DNA of 64,000 nucleotides. Source: Octopus vulgaris. Taxonomy: Eukaryota. Position 1 is the stretch's first letter, and the number at the start of each line of letters is the position of its first letter. Below the pieces are notes generated by a model, which was not told the DNA's origin, did no database searches, and saw only the letters and a list, made by a program, of their open reading frames with translations. The translations under genes were made by a program, and so were the position numbers. The stretch covers positions 6,262,001 to 6,326,000 of the forward strand of contig OX597824.1 in the NCBI GenBank assembly GCA_951406725.2. The letters run 5' to 3'. Shown one piece after another: positions 55,940 to 64,000 of this stretch.

Positions 55940-56200
<261 letters not shown>

Positions 56201-56384
56201 TATTGTATGACTGAGAGCCCTCACGTCGATTCGATTCGATTCGTTTCGTTTCGTTTCTTCTTCTTCTCTAAGGTGGTTTTTATATAAATATATATATATA
56301 CAAATATATACACACACACACATATATATATATACATATATGTATGTATAAATACATAGATGTATACATAAACATATATACATA

Positions 56385-56418
<34 letters not shown>

Positions 56419-56423
56419 CATAA

Positions 56424-56475
<52 letters not shown>

Positions 56476-56711
56476 GTATATCGTAAAATATAATTGCCAA
56501 CAAAATGTGGCGGTCCCATAGAGGACGATGTTACTGTTGTTTTTAACCCTAGGAAGACATCTCCAGCTGGCTAACGACACAATGACTCCGGTTAGTACTT
56601 GTGAGGGGAGATCCTCGTTCTCATCTCTCGAGATCAGCGACAGTTTTTCACTGGGAAAAGCATATAGTATTCCGGTGTGGAATGAGTTTTCATCACTAGC
56701 TCTTGATTATC

Positions 56712-56754
56712 AAACACTGATGACATGTTACCACCCAAGAACCCGGGTCTGTGT
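56712..56754 (+). ncRNA. Degenerate HHR-like motif in a ~300-bp island (56485-56790) between (TA)n tracts
   Basis: aaaca-CTGATGA-catgttaccacccaa-ga-acccgggt-C-tgtgt; palindromic stem III and GTC triplet, but stem II and GAAA are damaged. Confidence 0.5.
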
Positions 56755-56788
56755 GTATCATGTAAGGCTAGAGATAGGAACGATGATT

Positions 56789-56828
<40 letters not shown>

Positions 56829-56870
56829 CACTTGCAATCATTTATACGCACACATACACACATATATATG

Positions 56871-56961
<91 letters not shown>

Positions 56962-58789
56962 ATATGTATATATGGTATAAATGCATCTACATGCCTACAG
57001 GTGTCTGCTTACATTTTGTTTACGAAAATCCTCACAAAGGTTTTCATCGATCATATACAATGAGTATAGAACTATTCCAAAATTACGAATTCTTTGAAAC
57101 GAAGGTGAAACCAAATTATTTTTTAACAAAACTTCCTGAATACACGAAACCACGCTTCTTCAAATCTCAAATATTTCTTACCATTTCTTTCTTTCATCCT
57201 CTCTTATTCTTTATTTCTATTACAAATATCTACACATATTCTCCACATGTGTATCTGCTTTCACACTGCTGAGAGCTACATATTTCTTTCTTTTCGAAAC
57301 TTTTATTTCATTGTTTTTTCACCCAAAATATATAAATTCTTACAACAAGCCAAACTATCAACGGATAATTTCTAAACGAAAGACACCCAAATTTTATCGA
57401 ACAGTATTCAGCTTTAGTTCCAAATAATGGTGGATTGAATGAACAAAGCCGCATTATATTACAAATAATAATATCCAAACAGTCATTAAATCCTACATTG
57501 ATCTACATAAAATATCTATAACTTCTGCTGGTTATAGCGAAACAACTCGTTTCTTTTGGGAATAGCTGTTGTTAATCTGGTAACACTAATATCAATGGCG
57601 AAAATCTAATTTTATTTTTCACTTAACTCTTTTGTCTTTGCAGTTTTGATAACTCTGCCATGTTGAAATACATTCCAAAGAGAAGGGCTCCAAAATTGTT
57701 GAACAAACTAGTTAAATGAAGCAAAACAATCAAATCAAAAAGAGGAAAAAATGTCCACTTGTGTAAACAGGATCGCAAAAATAAAACGTATTTTAAGTTG
57801 CATATTTTCCCTTACACTGTATATTGCTTACAAAATATCGGGGTAATGTTGGAAACATGGTTATCAATATTAGGTTGTCTCCAGAGGATATACTTGTTAT
57901 ACAATCAATGTTTATTACACATAAATTCCGGCATCAACGTTTGAATATTACATACATACACGCACGTATGCCGAACGTATTTTAAATGTCTATGGATATG
58001 TGCATATACGGATATGTTTGGGTGTCTTTGACTGTGACCATGCTGGGGCTCGCTTTGAGGAATTTTAGTCGAACGACTCAACCTCCGAACATTTTTTAAG
58101 CCTTGTACTTATTCTATCGGTGTCTATGACCGAACCGCTAGACACCTATACCGGTTTATTTAATTCTTATCTCTTAACTCGCCGTACAATTCTTAAGCCT
58201 TGTAGTAATCGCTTATTACATTCCTACTTTTCACCTAGCTTATATTTCATGTTATTCCAATTTAAATTAAACACTAGTTTAATTTAATTTTCGATACTTA
58301 GGGGTTTTATTCAACCTATTTATTTACTTAACTTTAATATGTTTTTTTTTTTAATATTATTTTATCTACTGCGTTTCATCTTTGTACATTATACTTCACT
58401 GTATTCGAAATTAGCGACAAATTAATATTTTATTGGGTGAAGACTCCTTATAATCCACCCAACGGACTTCTAATAAAAAGGACATCCTTGTCTCTCTCTC
58501 TCTCTCTCACACACACACACGCACACACACACACACAATATACTACACTGCTTTAACCTGAGAAATTACTCTTAGGGTTACCTGTCTATGGAATACTTGA
58601 AAAAGTCACATGTTAATTCAGGTACAGGTAAGTCAAGTGATCGAACAGTTAAATCTCCATCGTCAAACGACGAAGATCGGTCCTCATCAGTCTTTTAATG
58701 ATGGTTTTCAATTGAGGTACCAAACCAATAATTCTGAAGAAAGATGTTTAGTCATTTACATCGATCCTATTTATATCGAAAACTGGTGT

Positions 58790-59315
58790 CATGTTTATTT
58801 TTCACCCCGAAAAGATGCAATGTCGGTTATATCGAGCCAAGTGTTTTCCACCCCTTGGGAGAGCACAGTGTACCCTCACGAACGAGATTTAAGTGTATGT
58901 ATGATTATGTATGTAAAAAATTGCATTGGAATGTTGGCTTCAAAATAACGGGAAAATGGTATGAAGACGAACCAGAAAATGAGAATTCCAGGATCTTGTG
59001 GAACTTCCCTATAAAGACCCACCATACAATAGAATTAAGGAGACCAGATATGATTAAAGCGGATAAAATAAAGTGAGATTATAGATTTTGCAATTCTATA
59101 TGATAGCAGATTCGATACCATAAACAATTGGAAAAAACAGAGAAACAGCAGAACCTAGCCCAAAAGCTGAAGACTAATTATTGCCCGTGGCACAACACCT
59201 AAAATATTATCTAAGGGGCTGAAAGAAATTAGAATTGAGACTCGTATTTCCGACCTACGGAAAAATACAATCCTATATTCTGCAAAATTCCAAAGAATGT
59301 TTCTTGGGATATCAG
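58790..59315 (+). pseudogene. RLE-type non-LTR retrotransposon (R4/Dong-like) C-terminal remnant
   Basis: KWYEDEPENENSRILWNFPIKTHHTIELRRPDMIKADK..IIDFAILYDSRFD..EK...LKEIRIETRISDLRKNTILYSAK. Confidence 0.8.
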
Positions 59316-59544
59316 ATTTTGTCACACCAAATCCCAAGATAAAATTCTTGCTAATTAAAATATAATTTAATGATAACTTATGAATTTGGATGTGCGATAC
59401 GATTTGGTAATAAAATACAGATCGATTATGTTTATTGAACTGAGCAAGGAGGAAACAGTGTGTCTGTCTTCCTCGGGTTCAAAATTTAGGATTTCTGTGT
59501 CTTTTTCATTTTTTATTCATTTTGAAACTGAAGATAGATATACT

Positions 59545-59820
59545 TTTATTCTTTTATTTGTTTCAGTCATTTGCCTGCGGCCATGTTGGAGCACCACCTT
59601 TTAATCGAGTAAATCGCCACCAGAACTTATTGTTTGTAAGCTTAGTACGTATTCTATCGGGCTCTTTTTGGCGAACCGCTAAGTTACGGGGACGTAAACA
59701 TACCAGTATCGGTTGTCAAGCGATAGTGAGGGGGACAAACACAGACTCACAAATATACACATACACATATATACATACACACACACACATACACACACAC
59801 GCACACACACATATGTATAT
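59545..59820 (-). mobile_element. SINE family B 3' half
   Basis: gtttcagtcatttgcctgcggcc...cgaaccgctaagttacggggacgtaaac; ends in its internal microsatellite. Confidence 0.85.
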
Positions 59821-59827
59821 ATATATA

Positions 59828-60115
59828 TATAATCAAAATAAGTAACAAGAATATCCAAAGGTAGTATAGTACAATCGTTTCATGCTACATCATTTAATTA
59901 AACAATGTATTACATCAGTTTTAAAATGTAGAGCACTCTTCAGCCTAGATTTTAAAACTGATGTAATGCGTACGTTGTTTAATTAAATGATGTAGCATGA
60001 AACGATTGTACTATACTACCTTTGGATATCCTTGTTGCTTATTTTGATTATAATCACCCCATTTGATTTATATGGATAATACCATACCAAATTCTGGTGC
60101 TTTTAACTTGAGTAC
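59828..60115 (-). ncRNA. Long palindrome (~105-bp arms) with an HHR core
   Basis: Arms 59828-59931 and 59945-60052; minus strand gg-CTGAAGA-gtgct...agcat-GAAA-cgattg-TA-ct, with CTGAAGA (59937-59943) in the 13-bp spacer. Confidence 0.7.
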
Positions 60116-60163
60116 CATATTCATCTGAATCTAAATTTTTGCCGAACATATATATATATATAC

Positions 60164-60286
60164 CTTTCTGTAGAAGAGCGTAGGCTCGAAACGTAAAAGA
60201 CTTTTTCTATTCCTGAGCGTTATACTAATACATCTGTTTGTTTTGTACACCACCTGCCTTCGTCTTTTGTTTTTTTCGTAAACTTT

Positions 60287-60290
<4 letters not shown>
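60164..60290 (+). mobile_element. Short PLE-terminal-like element with HHR-like motif (60164-60199)
   Basis: cttt-CTGTAGA-a-gagc-gtag-gctc-GAAA-cgt-a-aaag; between (TA)n tracts; 3' tail also present at 43615-43670. Confidence 0.65.
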
Positions 60291-60376
<86 letters not shown>

Positions 60377-60944
60377 TGGTGTAAGATGGTCGGCAGTCTG
60401 TGAGGTTTAAGAGGTAAGCGAAGTCAAACACTCTAACTCTATGCAGTGAAGGACTGGTTTGATAGCGTCAGCTTACATTTGAGTTTCCGTTACAAATACG
60501 GGATTGTGGTATACTTTCGCCCGCATCACAGAGTCACGGTAATAACACATAGAAGGAAAGTAATCTCAATACGGACAAACAGGTTTTTATATAACTTGCT
60601 GTCGTACATGTAACAGCTAGGCCTGCAATAGGCGTTCTTTGTTACCGGTGTTTTGAAATTCATTAATCAAGGCGTATTTTTATGATAACTCTATGAAAGA
60701 CCAGATTACTTATTGATAGATATTGCAGGCTATAAATTCGTCTACGAATCTGTGTGTAAATGCAATAGAATAATATAACCTCTAGAGTATTGCTTTAAAT
60801 ACGATTTGATACATGGCTTCGGTCATATTCCTCTTCCATTTGTATATTTGACCAACAAATTAATAGCAATATCAATCGCCGGAACCTCTTACCTACTTGT
60901 TAGCCTCATATCACGAAATAAACCAGAAATAATTTTGTTAATAT

Positions 60945-61176
60945 ATATTTCTTTACTGCCTACAAGAGGCTAAACATAAAGGGGAAAAACAAAGACGGAC
61001 AAAGGGATTAAGTCGATTATATCGACTCCAGTGCATAACTAGTACTTTATTTATCGATCCCGAAAGGATGAAAGGCAAAGTGGACCTTGGCGGAATTTGA
61101 ACTCAGAACGTAACGGCAGACGAAATACCGCTATGCATTTCGCCCGGCGCGCTAACGTTTGTGCTAGCTCGCCGCC
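60945..61176 (-). mobile_element. SINE family A
   Basis: Full monomer; TSD tttgttaatatata, present twice on the right. Confidence 0.9.
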
Positions 61177-62889
61177 TTAAATTTGTTAATATATAAATTT
61201 GTTAATATATACCGCGGTGGTGCCCCAGCATGGCCGCGGCCTTCGGGCTAAAACATATTAAAGGATTTTAAGGATTTATATGTTTGTGTGTAAGCTTTTG
61301 TTTTGTCGTTGTTGAAAATATGTGTCCGGCTTTTTAAATACTATAGATTGTAGTTTAGCTGCAAGTGGGCTCTGTGTGAACCAAACCATGCTCAAACCTC
61401 TTCTAGGAATTTTGTATGGGATACATTATCCATGTATCCTGCTTTTTCATGACAATCTCATATGATTTGAGCAAAAAATACTATTATTTCTAGCAGAGCA
61501 AATGAGTAGGTAAGCGCCTTCTTCTAGTTTGTAAATAACTTAGAGCTGACTTATAGATATTTTCTCATTCTGTTCCTTAAATCTATGTATTTTTAATTTG
61601 TTGGACACTTACGTCGCGGTTTAATGTCAAAATTTCTCTTTGTATTTTGTAGCCGCCCGGTACACACATTAAGAAGCAAGACAATGGATGAACTTTCGAA
61701 AGTCTATTAATATTCCGTATTATTCCTCCTTCATAAATAATTGAAACAACATATCGCCAATCATATTTCTTCGTACCTTTATCAAATTAAACAGGAAACT
61801 ACAACAATGCCTCAACAGGTGTGCATGCCATTATGACCTTCTGGTATTTCATCAACATATATTATTTATCGCGTGTAAGTATTTGAAGACTTGGAAATTC
61901 TGGCGAAATGGTGATATGTCGTTATCATTGTTGTCTCCACTTCACATTTGCTTCTTTTGGCGAACGAGAACACTCTGACTGAAAGAAAAATACACTGAAT
62001 AGTATATTCTCGCAAATTCTAAATTAATAATAGCTTCTCAATATTGTGTATAATTTCTAATATTACTGAGTGTTTTCAGTAAAACACAATGGTCTCTATT
62101 TTTAGGTAACCGGAATTGGAATATTTTGAATTGTTTCTCACTTTCCAAAGACAATAGGGCTGTATGAGAGTGTAAAAATTGTGGTAAGTTAGTGATAACG
62201 TATGATGTAATGAATGATGTTGTTTTAAAATCTAGCTTAAAATAAATAAGCTATTAGTTTTAAAATATTAATTTAGATAATGAGTCATTTGTATAGAAGA
62301 GAAACCAGTTCTGTGTTTGAGCCTCACGTAAGGTAGACTTTTTTGTTTTTCTTTTGGATCCAGGCCAGATGCAATGTCGATTCAATAACCTCGATCTAAC
62401 ATTGAAATTTGTAAAATTTTGCCATTGTAAAACATAATCGTTTTCGTCGCCATCATCATCATCCCCATCTTATACATCAGCATCATTATCATCATCATTC
62501 GAACATAGTCTTCGCCGACCATTTGTCGACGTCAGCCGACTTTGTTGCTTTCCCCAAAATCTCCATTAAGACAATCTTAGCTTACTATTTCATAGAACCG
62601 TCTGTACATTACCAAAAACGTTTAATCGGTCTTTCTGCAATAGAAATTGATTTTCTGAAATCGAAATGAAATTCGCAGATTTTCTCGCTCTTCTATTTTA
62701 TCTTGCCACAAACCGAAACGTTTCTTTGTCATCAAATTTTATAATAGTCGAACTCCAGTAGAAAGTTGGTCCGAAACGTTTGCAAGCTTCGTGAGTATGA
62801 TCACACATATAAAACGCACACATACATAAATTCATAAACATATATACATGCACACACACGCGCACACAGAAACACATCCACTAAACCTT

Positions 62890-62985
62890 TTTTCTAGTTT
62901 CTCTCCCTGTTTATTTTTGTGTTACTTTCTGTCGAAGAGCGTAGGCTCGAAACGTAAAATACTTTCTTACTTCCCGAGCATTAAT
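62890..62985 (+). mobile_element. PLE-terminal-like element with HHR-like motif (62925-62960)
   Basis: cttt-CTGTCGA-a-gagc-gtag-gctc-GAAA-cgt-a-aaat; same family as 60164. Confidence 0.6.
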
Positions 62986-63526
62986 TCATATATATATCTA
63001 CACATACACACATATATATGTATGTATCTGTATGTGTATGTATGTACACATACACGCATATATGTAGTATATATGTAGGGAAACTGAATACAACACATAC
63101 ACAGCTACACACCTATGAGTTAAATGTCTTTTTGACAGACCTGCATAAGCGCAATTTAACATACACATCAGTAGAAGTGTACATATTTAAAAACTAATTT
63201 TGCTCAGCCGGTATTTTGGACGAGGAAAATCATCAACGGTTTAAGAGATTATTGTTAATAGTTAAAAGGTCTCGTTTGAAACAGACCCTCCTCAAGCGTG
63301 ACGTTTAAATTTAATATGAGAAACCATATAACTATCTGTAAACGAATTGAAAGCAATTTAAACCATGCACCTGTTACTCGTCCATTAATCTCAAAACATT
63401 GAGGAGTATAACAAATCAAAAATAAATTGTTAAAAAGGAGAATGCAGAAAACTGCAAGCAGGAATTATCAGTTATTCTTCATTTAAAAAAAGTGGGAAAT
63501 AAGTCTAAGAAATTGAAAATAAATAT

Positions 63527-63991
63527 ATATTTCTTTATTACCCACAGGGGCTCAAACACAGAGGGGACAGACAAAGGGATTAAGTCGATGTAATTGACCC
63601 CAGTGCGCAACTGGTACTTATTTAAGGCGGCGAGCTGGCAGAAACGTTAGCACGCCGGGCGAAATGCTTAGCGGTATTTCGTCTGCGTTACATTGTGAGT
63701 TCAAATTCCGACGAGGTCGACTTTGCCTTTCATCCTTTCGGGGTCGATAAATTAAATACCAGTTACGCACTGGGGTCGATGTAATCGACTTAATACCTAT
63801 GTCTGTCCTTGTTTGTCCCCTCTGTGTTTAGCCCCTTGTGGGTAATAAAGAAATAGGTACTTATTTAATCGACCCTGAAAGGATGGAAGGCAAAGCCGAC
63901 CACAGCGGAATTTGAACTCAGAACGTAACGGCAGAAGAAATATCACTAGGCATTTCTCCGGCATGCTAACGATTCTGCCAGCTCGCCGCCC
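63527..63991. mobile_element. Plus-strand SINE A (63626-63855) nested in a minus-strand SINE A
   Basis: 13-bp TSD ggtacttatttaa at 63613-63625 and 63856-63868. Confidence 0.92.
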
Positions 63992-64000
63992 TAATATATA

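Noticed and set aside
62710-62790. Two CGAAACGTT motifs
   Set aside because: They resemble HHR 3' halves, but no upstream core or stems could be drawn.

Overview
AT-rich, microsatellite-dense eukaryotic non-coding DNA with no credible host protein-coding gene. Nearly all long ORFs in the track are translations of simple repeats or SINEs. From recall, the repeat families look like those of Octopus or another coleoid cephalopod; this is an inference and was not checked by search. The window holds at least four tRNA-derived SINE families (monomers, dimers and nested copies, several with target-site duplications), decayed Tc1/mariner transposons (DD34D mariner, DD37D maT and TIR-bounded deletion derivatives), non-autonomous Helitrons (TC...hairpin-CTAG) and LINE 3' fragments (RTE, CR1, R4/Dong-like RLE). 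The main unexplained signal is about a dozen hammerhead-ribozyme (HHR) cores or half-cores of the minimal, palindromic-stem-III type known from Penelope-like elements. They belong to several unrelated short non-coding families that sit in or beside (TA)n tracts, and several lie at the centre of long palindromes. One has an intact core (43981-44054, minus strand) and one has a G3:C8 compensatory core swap (17584-17637, minus strand). All alignments and folds were done by eye.
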